DNA of 63,132 bases, the filler included, from Octopus bimaculoides (taxonomy: Eukaryota), in the NCBI RefSeq assembly GCF_001194135.2. It is 5 parts of 5 records of this genome, joined end to end, with 100 filler letters (N's around TTAATTAATTAA, not from the genome) between each part and the next. Parts side by side here need not be neighbours in the genome. Positions count along the whole stretch, not along the records: positions 48,702 to 60,295 come from NC_069000.1; positions 60,396 to 63,132 come from NC_068993.1; 3 more parts are not named here. One strand, given 5' to 3'. The notes under the pieces are model-generated. The model was not told the origin of the DNA and made no database searches. It worked only from the letters and a program-made list of their open reading frames with translations. Position numbers and translations under genes: made by a program. Shown piece after piece: positions 51,481-62,864 of this stretch. Position 1 is the stretch's first letter. Each line of letters opens with the position of its first letter.

Positions 51481-51574
51481 TTTGAAGCTTCCCTGTAGGA
51501 ACTAAAGAAATAGTGTATATTTAATTAAAATCTGAGCCATATGTGGTTCTTAAATTTTTTTTTCTCAAATAGTT

Positions 51575-51931
51575 GATGCACCCTGGTAGACCCAGGAAGA
51601 CCTGGGATGAGGTGATGAAGCACGACCTTCGAATATTAGGCCTCACCGAGGCAATGACTTGTGACCGAGACCTTTGGAAATATGCTGTGCATGAGAAGAT
51701 TTGGCAAGCCAAGTGAGATCAAAATCCAAGGCCTCTGCCAGGGATGTAGCCAGCCCACTTATGCGTACCTATCTTTCATTGGACACTAAACTCCTCTTGC
51801 GAAGACCTGTTGGGGCAAATGAAATCGAAATGGTGATGGCACCTGTACTAGTGGAGCATTAAGAGCTCCATCCGAGCATAATTGTTGCCAGAGTAGCCGT
51901 CTGGCTTCCGTGCCAGTGGCACATGAATAGC
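51575..51931 (+). mobile_element. RTE LINE 3' end and partial 3' UTR
   Basis: GRPRKTWDEVMKHDLRILGLTEAMTCDRDLWKYAVHEKIWQAK*; matches the reverse complement of 42600-42900. Confidence 0.8.
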
Positions 51932-52171
51932 ACCATCAGTTGTCAAGCGAAGTTGGGGGGACAAACACAGACATACAAACATATACACACACATACATAC
52001 ATATATACGACGGGCTTCTTTCAGTTTCCGTCTACCAAATCCACTCACAAGGCTTTGGTCGGCCCGAGGCTATAGTAGAAGACACTTGCCCAAGGTGCCA
52101 CGCAGTGGGACTGAACCCGAAACCATGTGGCTGGTAAGCAAGTTACTTACCACACAGCCACTCCTGCACCT
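51932..52171 (-). mobile_element. CORE-type OR-like SINE (5' two-thirds)
   Basis: Same family as 9431-9990. Confidence 0.8.
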
Positions 52172-52603
52172 ATGTACACACATGCATGCGTGCACCCCAC
52201 CTACACCCCCCACCCACACACACATAGATGAAGCATCTACTTTTATGTTGATGGATTTTATATGGCTATCTACTATTGATGTTACTAAGCCCTTCCTATT
52301 CCAAAGAAAGCAATATTTCATCATGCCCAAACACGATTATGTTGACAGTGGGAAATAAAGAATGCTGCTTGCATGGGCATGTAATATATTTTATTAATGA
52401 ATTAATAAACATCATCATGTGCAATATAAATCTGCAGTGCCATTTTGATTAAAATACCAGCAACTTCAAAGCAGAACCTCTCACTACAGTTCGCCTTCAT
52501 TTAACATCTGTGACTATCACTTATTCCCACTCCATTTCTTGTTTCATTTTTCCTTTACCAGTGTAACCTACATGAAATCAATTGCGCTTTATCAAATGTA
52601 AGA

Positions 52604-52664
<61 letters not shown>

Positions 52665-53273
52665 TCAGATGAGTGGTGCAACAAGGCACCAATATTTACT
52701 GGAAACTAGCAATCGATACAATTACGACGCTATTGTATAGCTTCACTGTGTATATACTGGCAAAAATGTGTGTGTGCAACAAACATGAAAAATTTGTCTT
52801 ACCTCTAGGAAGAACATTCGATAAATGGACAACCCAGAATCGGATAATGCAGTACCTAGGTTTCACACTCTTCAAATATGTTTCACAACATAAATTTGAT
52901 CAGTCTTCATCAGCTGCATTTACCTAGACAATATTTCAAATGTTGCCACATCAATGCCAAGTATACTCGCCTGAACGCGTAGCCGTTAACAGAACTGAGA
53001 ACAGTGAAGAAGTTATTTTGCTGGAAATGAATACATTTGTATTGAAATACTTTTCATTGATATATATATAGTCATTGGTATGTTGTCTGGCTACATGTGA
53101 ATATTCATGTATATGTGTATACCTGTTAAGATGTATATATGATTTTAGTCAACATGGGCGTATTTTAGATGTGACAAATCTTAGTAAGATATGATATATA
53201 TCTCAGTAAAATGAAGCAGTGTTCAGTCAAATGTGACAGATGTAAGTCAAATGTGATAGTCTTCTGCTTCCAG

Positions 53274-53383
53274 ATGTTCGTCCTCTTCCAATTATACTCA
53301 ACAATTTAGAAAAAAAAAAATTTGAACTGCACCAGTATTCCATATATATAAGAATGTTTGAAATCTTTATGGAAACTTTGAAG
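53274..53383 (+). CDS. LRRC74: LRRC74-like exon 3
   Basis: cttccAG | (N)VRPLPIILNNLEKKKFELHQYSIYIRMFEIFMETLK | GTAGGT; phase 1-0; register matches LRRC74A [37 protein letters not shown]. Confidence 0.85.
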
Positions 53384-54210
53384 GTAGGTAAGGTACCAAG
53401 CAAGTGTGATGTATTTTATTAGATTTTTTTGTCAGGCAAGTGTTTTGATCTGAGCCAATGTCTTCAAACTGAAATGACAACTGCAGGGAAGATACATGTC
53501 AACCTTTCAAAAACATACTTAACACTTTTGACGCCAACCTGCCTGAGACACTGTAGTACAAACATCTTGTTTGCAAGAGTCCTGAATTAAAATCTATCAG
53601 AACTTAATGTTAATTTATGATCCAAACACCAGTTAATAAATAACACTGTGTAACATGATTTTTGTCCTTGGGTAGCAACTGTTATTTCCTGTTTGCTTAC
53701 CCTTAGAAAACATGAAAAATAGTTAGTATTTCTTTCAAACTTTGCTTTTGTTACAATATTTATTCAAATCCTAAAGAATTACTCCCAACGCATGGTTGTG
53801 ATGCTCCACCACTACTCCTGCTCATGATCAGAGATGCACATATTGTCAGCCACTGAGGGACATACTCAAATGATTAAGGTCAAACAACTGACAAGCAAAT
53901 CTGTGGTATTGAGCAGAATATTTGCTATAACAATATTTCTGCTTCAGCAACCCAGCACTGGCTCTGTCTGAGATGTAATGGAAAATTGATGTCCAGGTTA
54001 CAAAGTTTGAAAAGAACAGTAATTTTCTTTGATTTCTAGATAGAAGCAAATAAGAAATGACACTTACTGACCAAAGACAATAAATAGTAAAAATTTTGTT
54101 GCACAGTGCAATGATAAAGTTATTTTACTCAATTCTTCATTATTTTATGAATTAATTGAAGTAAAGACAGAATATTTCAACAGAGTATTTCAGTATGATA
54201 ACAAAAGAGA

Positions 54211-54480
54211 TTGTTGCCGGTGCCCCTGGACTGGCTCTTGTGCGGGTGGCACATAAAAGACACCATTTCGAGCGTGGCCGTTTTCGTGCGGGTGACACGT
54301 AAAAGCATCCACTACACTCTCTGAGTGGTTGGCATTAGGAAGGGCATCCAGCTGTAGAAACTCTGCCAAATTAGATTGGAGCCTGGTGTTGCCATCCGGT
54401 TTCACCAGTCCTCAGTCAAATCGTCCAACCCATGCTAGCATGGAAGGCGGACGTTAAACGATGATGATGATGAGGATGAT
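54211..54480 (+). mobile_element. RTE LINE 3'-UTR copy with (GAT)n tail
   Basis: Near-identical to 45190-45473 and to the reverse complement of 59980-60250. Confidence 0.9.
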
Positions 54481-54869
54481 TTGTTAATTGTTATATGGTG
54501 ACAAAATTCTTGTCACTGAAACTGCAGCCTGGTTACTGACACCCTATTACAAACGATAACTGTATAAGTGAAGCTAAATAGACTTTGCATATTTCTGAAT
54601 TATTAATTGTTATTTATCCAAGGCAAAGCTGAAACTGTTTAGAATAAGCAGTAATGTTGCTGTTGTTGTTCCCTCCATGCAATCACTACTGCTTGGGAAG
54701 AGCCTGAAAAACCTCAGAATGGGCCAATTGGGTGCAGCTCTTTGGATGCTGACGATTTGGTATGGCTGACTGGACATTCAAATTGGTTAGGTAACCATAC
54801 TTTTAGATTCTGGAAGTAAACACACATGCACACACTCATGCATACATGCATACAATGCAAGATTATAAT

Positions 54870-55840
54870 AATTAGGGCTATTAAGGAAAAGAAACAGGCA
54901 TGGAAGGATGGGAAGAACGGTGTAGCAGGGAACTGTATCAGATTGCCAGAAGGGAAGCCAGGAGACAGGTTTACTTAGCCAGAGGGGAAGCAGATAAGAA
55001 AAAATTTGCCAATGTTCTGTCATGAGGACCAAAGACTTGAAGTGTTTTGTGTTGCAAGACAGTGTGTGAGAGAGAATTGTGATGTCATAGGAGAGAAATG
55101 TGTCTGCATGGATGATGGCTCACATGCATTTAATGAAGCTGCAAAGAGAGGGACTTGAAGATGCCACTATGAAAGGTTGCTAAATGAAGAGAATGAATGG
55201 GAGAGAGTCTGCCAAATGTCAACCCAACAGAGGGACCAGCTATTCAAATTGACAGTACCTTGGTAGATAAAGCAGTTAAGGGTATGAAGACAGGGAAATC
55301 CCCTGGCTTGTCAGGAATCACTGCAGAGATGCTTAAAATATCTGGCGGTGTCAGCTATAGTTTAGTCACATGTATAGTCAATCAGGTGATACACGAAGGA
55401 TTCATATCCACTGATTGGTGTAGCAGCACCATAGTCAACTGCTACAAAGGTAAAGCTGATGCCTTAGATAGAAATAATTACAGAGGTATCAAGTTGTTGG
55501 ATCAGGTAATGAAAGCCGCGGAGAGGGTCATAGCCCAACTAATTAGGAAGATAGTTAGTTTAGATGATATGCAGTTTGGGTTTGTGCCAGGGGAAAAGCA
55601 CTACTGATGCTATATTTCTGGTAAGACAACTGCAGGAGAAATACCTAGCCAAAGATAAACTTCTGTACTTGGCTTTTGTTAACTTGGAGAGAGCCTTTGA
55701 CAGGATCCACCAAAGATCAGTCCTCAGCCCCCTCTTGTTCATCATATTTCTCCAGGCAATAACAGAGGAATTCAAGAAAGGATGCCCCTGGGAGCTTCTC
55801 TATGCTGATGACCTTGCTCTAATAGCTGAGTCACTATCAG
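54870..55840 (+). mobile_element. RTE LINE RT fragment with internal deletion
   Basis: GKSPGLSGITAEMLK, NYRGIKLLDQVMK, QFGFVPGKSTTDAIFLVRQLQEKY, AFDRI | HQRSVLSPLLF and ELLYADDL. Confidence 0.9.
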
Positions 55841-55845
55841 ATTGA

Positions 55846-56533
55846 GAACCTTTCTCCAATCTTCTGCCTTCCATCCAGCATGATCGCATGCCCAGCATAG
55901 ATGTTTTCTCTTCATAACAACAGTCAATAAATGTTTACACATTGGCTTTCTGGCAGGTCTGCCAGCTTCAAGGATCCTTCGTCAGACAGTTGAAGATGAA
56001 AAATTTACACCAGTTGAAAGTCAGATCTCTCTGATAATCTTTGCTGGTTTTCTCTGGATCCTTCATTCTATTTCTTATTGAAACCTTATCATTATAAGGT
56101 GTTGTCTTGTGTCATCTTCCACATTGTCCTTGATGCAGTGTTGCTTGTTTGCCAGTGTCTTCAGCTCTCTTCACAATTTCACTAACAGTTGACTTTGCCA
56201 CATTCATTTTTTTCAGCAATCTGTCTGGTATTAAGACCAACCTTTTTTCTAAGAGCTACATTTCCTGAATTGCTTTCTGAATGTGATATCCATCAGGAAT
56301 TTCAAGGTTAATAATGAACACATGCAAAAACAACAATATAGGACATGCTCTTGTGTAGCACGGAAGGAAAGGAATGCTAGAGCAAAGCCACAACTGACTA
56401 GATGCCAGATGTCATGACTACATTATTTTGAACGAAAACAACAAAAACTTCATTAATTTAGTCAGAGATTATGATATATTCTGAAAAAGTCGCAAAAAAT
56501 TTGATCCTGTCCAGTTTAATTTGCAAACTACTG
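55846..56533 (-). mobile_element. Tc1 element, 5' half (TIR plus transposase N-terminus)
   Basis: TA-CAGTAGTTTGCAAATTAAACTGGAC terminus; TRQIAEKMNVAKSTVSEIVKR and KTTPYNDKVSIRNRMKDPEKTSKD.QRDL. Confidence 0.8.
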
Positions 56534-56594
56534 TATTTATAAATTGTCTTTATTTTTATTGACATTAAAATTATATTTGTATTATTTTTCTTAG

Positions 56595-56702
56595 AATAAC
56601 CGAAGAGTGGAAGTTTTGGAGTTGATTGAAAACCAAATCGATAATGAACGAGCGATTCTCATTGCCAAAATGTTACAAAAGAATATTACTATTTTCAGTC
56701 TG
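56595..56702 (+). CDS. LRRC74: LRRC74-like exon 4 (RNI-type LRR)
   Basis: ttcttAG | NNRRVEVLELIENQIDNERAILIAKMLQKNITIFSL | GTCTGT; phase 0-0; LRRC74A [36 protein letters not shown]. Confidence 0.9.
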
Positions 56703-56920
56703 GTCTGTTCCATTTAAATTGTTTATTTCTCAACATAACCACAACCACAAAAGCAACAGTAGCTCTCAGCACTTTTCATTACACCCTTGCTCTTTACTCT
56801 TTCACCAGTGTCAAAATGTTTTGCTTACTATTCAAACATATCTTTTATCTTGTTTCTGTCGTTAGACTGCAGTCATGCTGGAGCACTACCTTGAGGAATT
56901 TTAGTTGAACTAATCAACCT

Positions 56921-57610
56921 ACTCTTTTACTTGTTTCAGTCATTTGACTGCAGCCATGCTGGGGCACTGCCTTTTTAGTCGAGTAAATCGACCCCAGGAC
57001 TTATTCTTTGGAAGCCTAGTACTTATGCTATCAGTCTCTTTTGCCAAACTGCTAAGTTACAGGGACATAAACACACCACCATTGGTTGTCAAGCGATGCT
57101 GGGGGGATAGACACACAAACACATGCACACACATACATACATATATATACACATATACTACGGGCTTCTTTCAGTTTCCGTCTACCAAATCCACTCACAA
57201 GGCTTTGGTCAGCCCCAGGCTATAGTAGAAGAAACTTGCCCAAGGTGCCATGCAGTGGGACTGAACCCAGAACCATGTAGTCAGTAAGCAAGCTACTTAC
57301 CACACAGCCACTCCTGCGCCTCAGTACTTATCTTTATTTTGAAGCCTGATACTTATTTGAATGGTCTCCTTTGCCAAACCACTAAGTTACACGGATGTAA
57401 GCAATGTGAAGGGGACAAACAAAGACACACACACACACACATGCACACACACAATGAGCTTCTTTCAGTTTACCAAATTCACTCACAAGATTTTGGTTGG
57501 CTCAAGGCTATAGTAGAAGATGCTTGCCCAAGGTGCCATGCAGTGGGACTGAACCTAGGACCATGTAATCGGGAAACAAACTTCTTACCACACAGCCATG
57601 CCTACACCTA
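56921..57610 (-). mobile_element. Two adjacent CORE-type OR-like SINEs (56921-57321 and 57322-57610)
   Basis: Two successive copies of the family head and body. Confidence 0.8.
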
Positions 57611-58217
57611 TATTTTAAATAAAATATCAGTTAATATACACATAAGAGAAAGGCGGTAAGGTAGCAGAGTCATTATTACGTTGGGTAAAATGCTTAGCAG
57701 TATTGTCCATGTTCAGATTCCACTGAAGTCAACTTTGCCTTTCGTTCTTTTGGGGTCAATAAAATCAGTACCAGTTGCACACTGGGGTCGATGTAAATCA
57801 CCTCCGAAATTGCTGGCCTTATGCTAAAATTTGAAATCACATTTTTGAACGGTGACAAATTGAAACAGGTAAATACGTTAATGAGCCTGGACTTATTAAA
57901 TTTACCTTGTATAATAGGTGCAATTATGGCTATGTGGTTAAAAAGCTTGCTTCCCAACCACATGATTTTGGGTTCAGTCTTGTTGCATGGCACCTTGGGC
58001 AAGCATCTTCTGTTACAATCCCATGCTGACCAAAGAGAGAGACAGAAAGAGACATGGACTGGCAAACATACAGACTACATCATAAAATGCTATAGTTTAC
58101 ATTTAAACTTTATGCAAATACTATATTAGATATATATAGATACTGTCTTGTTGGTGACTTTCCTTTACGATATTTTCATACAAGCTGTGTGGGTTTTTTT
58201 TTGTTTTTTTTTCAAAG

Positions 58218-58311
58218 AACTTATCAAGAAACTGTATTGGTATGGAAGGGATCTCAGCTCTCTCAGACGTTCTGGATTCTTCTTACTCTGTGACATGTCT
58301 ATATCTATCAG
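58218..58311 (+). CDS. LRRC74: LRRC74-like exon 5 (RNI-type LRR); gene continues beyond the identifiable sequence
   Basis: poly-T caaAG | NLSRNCIGMEGISALSDVLDSSYSVTCLYLS+G | GTAAGT; phase 0-1; LRRC74A [33 protein letters not shown]. Confidence 0.9.
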
Positions 58312-58959
58312 GTAAGTAATATAATATGACTTTTAGAACTGAGATTCACAGAGAGGTTTGATTTGTTTAATCCTCTGGCTGTATAATACAAAAATACCTT
58401 CTTGTTTTAAAAAGGTTCACATTTAAAGTGAAACCTTCCTTCATAATTTTCTGTAAGAATCTTTTTGTTTTTAAGTTATCTTCCAAACACTGACGAGTGT
58501 GGCTGTGTGGTATATAACTTTGCTTGGAAGCTGGCAATGGTTGGTGACAGGAAGGGCATCTGGTCATAGTAAATAAAGACTGTGTGACCCATGCAAGCAT
58601 GAAAAAGCAAACGTTAAAACAATGATGCCAGTTTCATGATCATTTGCAAAATGAATTTGAGCACAACAGTGCATTTTATTAGAAATATAATTATGAAAGG
58701 GTTAAATTATTTATTTTATCTCATTTTTTAAACACCCAGAAATGTTGAAATTGTGTTTGAAGTAGGTGACCTTTGTTTTTAAATATTACGATCAGTCAAC
58801 AGCAATTGAAAATGGAACAGTTTATCTTTTATTTATTGAGCTATTTTAATTTGTTTATTCATTTGCATTTTAGCACGACCTATTTTTTAGCAAAGCCAAA
58901 TATTATCGACGTACTTACTTCTCTGTTTATTTATGTCTATTTATTCATTTTGTGGCGGC

Positions 58960-59263
58960 TCAGACCGGGCGTTGTGAGTGTTTATTGAGCGAAAACACCT
59001 AAAGTTCCACGAGGTCCCGGCAGCAGGTGGTGGTGACCCCTGCTATACTCTTTCACCACAACTTTCTCTCACTCTTTCTTCCTGTTTCTGTTGTACCTAT
59101 ATTTCAAAGGACCAGCCTTGTCACACTGAATATCCCCGAGAACTACGTTAAGGGTACACGTGTCTGTGGAGTGCTCAGCCACTTGCACATTAATTTCACG
59201 AGCAGGCTGTTCCGTTGATCGGATCAACTGGAACCCTCGTTGTCGTAAGCGACGGAGTGCCAA
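58960..59263 (+). mobile_element. 5'-truncated tRNA SINE (family of 29961-30352)
   Basis: CAGACCGGGCGTTGTGAGTG...GGAACCCTCGTTGTCGTAAGCGACGGAGTGCCAAC. Confidence 0.85.
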
Positions 59264-59979
59264 CAAACAATTTATTCGTTTTATTTCACCTCTTTAGTTT
59301 ATTTTATATATTTATATATTGGTTTGTTAGATGAAATTGTGTAACAAAATTTTTATTTATTTATTTATTTGTCTTTGGTTACTAAGTGTTATTTCTTATT
59401 CGCTTCTATCTGGATATCAAAGGAAATTACTACTGTCCCCTTCAAACTTTGCTTTCATGTCCCAGACATCAATGTTTTAAAAACTGACCTATTTTCCATT
59501 AAATTTCAGACAGATTTCAGCAAGTTGTTGCTGAAGCAGAAATATTGTCATTGCTTGTTAGTTGTTTGACCTTAATCACTTGAGCATGATGACATTTAGT
59601 GGCTGACAATAAAGGCAAAGTCAACGTAGACACACAAAATAACTGATGACTTTGATTAGCCAAAGCACCATGGTTTACAGATTCGTACGAAAAATTTCAC
59701 ACTAGCTTAGCGATAAATATATTTACATTTATATATATACATATTCGTTTATTTGTTTCAGTCATTTGACTGTGGCCATGCTGGTGCATCGCCTCTAGTC
59801 GAACAAACTAACCTCAAGACTTATTCATTGTAAGCCTAGTACTTATTCTATCAGTCTCTTTTACTGAACCACTAAGTTACAGAGACATAAACATACCAAC
59901 ATCGGTTGTCAAGCAATAGTGGAGAGGGATACACACACACACACAAACGCATATACATATGTGTATATATATATATATA

Positions 59980-60295
59980 TCATCATCATCATCATCATCG
60001 TTTAACGTCCGCTTTCCATGCTAGCATGGGTTGGACGATTTGACTGAGGACTGGTGAAACCGGATGGCAACACCAGGCTCCAGTCTGATTTGGCAGAGTT
60101 TCTACAGCTGGATGCCCTTCCTAACGCCAACCACTCAGAGAGTGTAGTGGGTGCTTTTACGTGTCACCCGCACGAAAACGGCCACGCTCGAAATGGTGTC
60201 TTTTATGTGCCACCCGCACAAGCCAGTCCAGGGGCACTGGCAACGATCTCGCTCGAAAATCCTACAGGAGCCAGTCAGGCGGTACTGGCAACGGC
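59980..60295 (-). mobile_element. RTE LINE 3'-UTR copy, cut by the assembly spacer
   Basis: (CAT)n-CGTTTAACGTCCGCTTTCC...; reverse complement of 45117-45473. Confidence 0.9.
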
Positions 60296-60395
60296 NNNNN
60301 NNNNNNNNNNNNNNNNNNNNNNNNNNNNNNNNNNNNNNNTTAATTAATTAANNNNNNNNNNNNNNNNNNNNNNNNNNNNNNNNNNNNNNNNNNNN
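60296..60395. other. Artificial assembly spacer 44N-TTAATTAATTAA-44N
   Basis: Same structure as at 19111. Confidence 0.95.
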
Positions 60396-60784
60396 CCTAA
60401 CCCTAAAACCCTATAACTCATAACCATAACCCTAACCCTAAACCCAACCCTAACCCTAACTCTAAAACCCGAACCCTAACCCTAAAACCCTAAACCCTTA
60501 ATAGGGAATAATGATATAATTAAACAGGGAATAACACACTTGACACCGGCAAAAATTTATTGTTTATAAAAACAGCAGTAACTGTATTCAGCTGAATAGA
60601 CGTCAGTGATTGGTTGAAATTACAGAAATACGACAACTTTAACATGAAATAACTTGCAATATATATTTTTTTGTTAAGAAAGCTAAGAGAAAAAGATGTT
60701 TTATATGACACATTCTACCAGTATCCCAAGTTTGAAAGTGTTTCGTTAAGAAAACAAGTGTTGCCCGTCAAATCAGAAAGATCC
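60396..60784. mobile_element. Half of a second TTAGGG-bearing GGATC-terminal MITE
   Basis: (CCCTAA)-like array at 60396-60500, then sequence reverse-complementary to 23060-23290, ending ...AGATCC. Confidence 0.75.
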
Positions 60785-61799
60785 TATTATAATAATATAT
60801 TAAGATATTAAGATACATTAACTACATTATAATATAGGTGGCTATAGCAATTAAAACCAAAAAGGTAAAATTAATAAACGAGGGTGCAAAATAGCACCTA
60901 CGTTTGCTAGAAATGAGAGCCAAAATTTAACTGTATATCTTGTATTTTTTTCTTCTCCCTCTTTGTCTTCTTTCCTCTAATTCTTCTTGTGTCCTTCTTT
61001 CACTTCTTCCTCACACCTTCTTCAATCATCCCTTTCTTCATCCTACCACTTAGTTCTTGATCTTTACTTGTTTTATCCTCCGGAAAGTAGAATGACAGAG
61101 ATAACTCAAGTGGGATTTGAAGTCAAAACGTAGCTAGTGCAATGTTCAACAAATAGAAATGAATGCCTCGAAACATGGAGAACAGCCACTCACGACACAA
61201 AGAACTAAGACAATATTCATTAAATTTTCTCTGTCCGAAGTTACCTTCTACCTTCCCAGTTGAAGGTGAAGAGGCGGTTTAACAAACAGGTTGTTTGACT
61301 TCTTATAAATAGCAGTCAACTTGTCTTAAATCATGCCATGCCTTCTTTAAAAGAAGGACATATTTAAGGATGAAATCTTAGATATATGAGTACGAGATGG
61401 TTACCGTTGCAATACATTTGATCATATCAGGTCCACTTCATTGGAATTAAATAACATTAATATACCTTTTGACACAGACACGGGAGCTGAAATTGTAGGA
61501 GAGGGGACAATCAGACATAGCGATCGACACTAAGCGTATTCGTCCAGAAGATTGTAATACCCTCTACAAACTTCCCACAGAATGGTGCAAGCGTTCACAC
61601 TCAATCGACCACCTTTGTCGAAACAGTAGAGAACGCCTGATCACAATCCAGATGTGAAACCTCCATTCTCATTCACGAAATGTCTGGTAATATTGCAGAT
61701 GCACGCGCACACATACAAATACATATCACACACAGGCAATACGCACACAGATACACATAGTATAAACTTGCCAAATATAAAAGCATAGGCATTAACATA

Positions 61800-61985
61800 A
61801 GCAGGATGTAGCACCTGAAGACAGATACAAAATCAATTGTGATTGAAGCGCTAGAGGTCATAAAGAAAGCAATCAGTGCTTTCCTTAAAAATGTCCCGGA
61901 AAATGTCGCATATACAAAATCCAGAAAACGGAGGTAACCAATACGACTCAACCAACACTCCTCGTAAGTTCTTGTCCTTGAAATA
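61800..61985 (+). mobile_element. Decayed REL-endonuclease LINE C-terminus (R4/Dong-like)
   Basis: SIVIEALEVIKKAISAFLKNVPENV...IQK...LLRKFLSLK resembles the PVVIGALG.IKK...IP....IQK..L...LRKVLS terminus. Confidence 0.45.
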
Positions 61986-62060
61986 TATATTCTCGAAACA
62001 ACTTTATTTTTTCATCTTTTTGAGCTAATAGAACTAGAAACTGTGTTAAACAATAACATT

Positions 62061-62268
62061 GGTTTCAAATTTTGGTACAAGGCCAGCAATTTTGGGGCAG
62101 GTACTGAGTCGATTACATTGACCGCAGTGCTTGACTGATACTTATTTTAACGACCTCGAAAGGATGTAAAGCAAAGCCGACCTCGGCAGAATTTGAACCC
62201 AGAACGTAAAGACCGACGAAATGCCGATAAGCATTTTACCCAGCGCGAACAATCTGCCTGCTCGCAGC
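62061..62268 (-). mobile_element. tRNA-derived SINE (short family)
   Basis: Reverse-complement match to 20038-20258. Confidence 0.75.
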
Positions 62269-62789
62269 ATTATATTGAACAATAACATAACTCTAGAATG
62301 CCTACCCTAAGTTACTTGTTGCCGCTCGACAGGTATTTGTTATCTAGCCGTTATCAAAAGTAAAATAGTAATAATTGCTTCAAATTTTGACACAAGGCCT
62401 GCAATTTTAGGGGAGGAGGTTAGTCGATTACATCGACCTCAGTGGTCGAGAAACAGGAGAAGAGCAGTAAATTAGATATGATGATTTGAAGTAAAGGAAT
62501 TTAAAAATTTGTAGTCATTGAAGGTATTATATAGGTTGTTGTTGGAGCCTTGGGTACTGTAAGTACCTTGCTCACAAACTGGACTAGAAAAGAAGTAGGG
62601 GCGAATGTGAAGATAGAGAATCTTTAGAGAGCAGCGTTGCTTGGAACGGCACGAAACCTCCGAAGAGTTCTCAAAATCTGAATGAAGAGTGTTACCTTAG
62701 TCCACTGGTTGTGGATAGCTGATATTTTACTGCATTCTACTGTATTAAACAAGAACAAAAAGAGTAACAACATCATCAACAACAACAAC

Positions 62790-62862
<73 letters not shown>
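62790..62862. repeat. (AAT)n microsatellite, target site of the adjacent LINE
   Basis: Direct reading of the sequence. Confidence 0.95.

Positions 62863-62864
<2 letters not shown>

Noticed and set aside
52802-52930. Possible extra exon (either strand) in LRRC74-like intron 2
   Set aside because: Exons 2 and 3 already join in frame and in register with LRRC74; candidate frames contain stops or lack a pyrimidine tract.
60040-60065. CTGAGGA-ctggt-GAAAC in the RTE tail resembling a hammerhead core
   Set aside because: No stem II pairing, no stem III or cleavage triplet, and it is antisense to the element.
60054-60347. Recurrent ORFs MKPDGNTRLQS.../MLLCATSMRASQ.../MFLQLDALPN... found at several loci
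   Set aside because: They are antisense or off-frame readings of the non-coding RTE 3' UTR; recurrence reflects repeat copy number, not a gene family.
60396-60500. CCCTAA/TTAGGG arrays as true telomeres
   Set aside because: Short, degenerate and embedded in a TIR element; the position next to a spacer is an assembly break.
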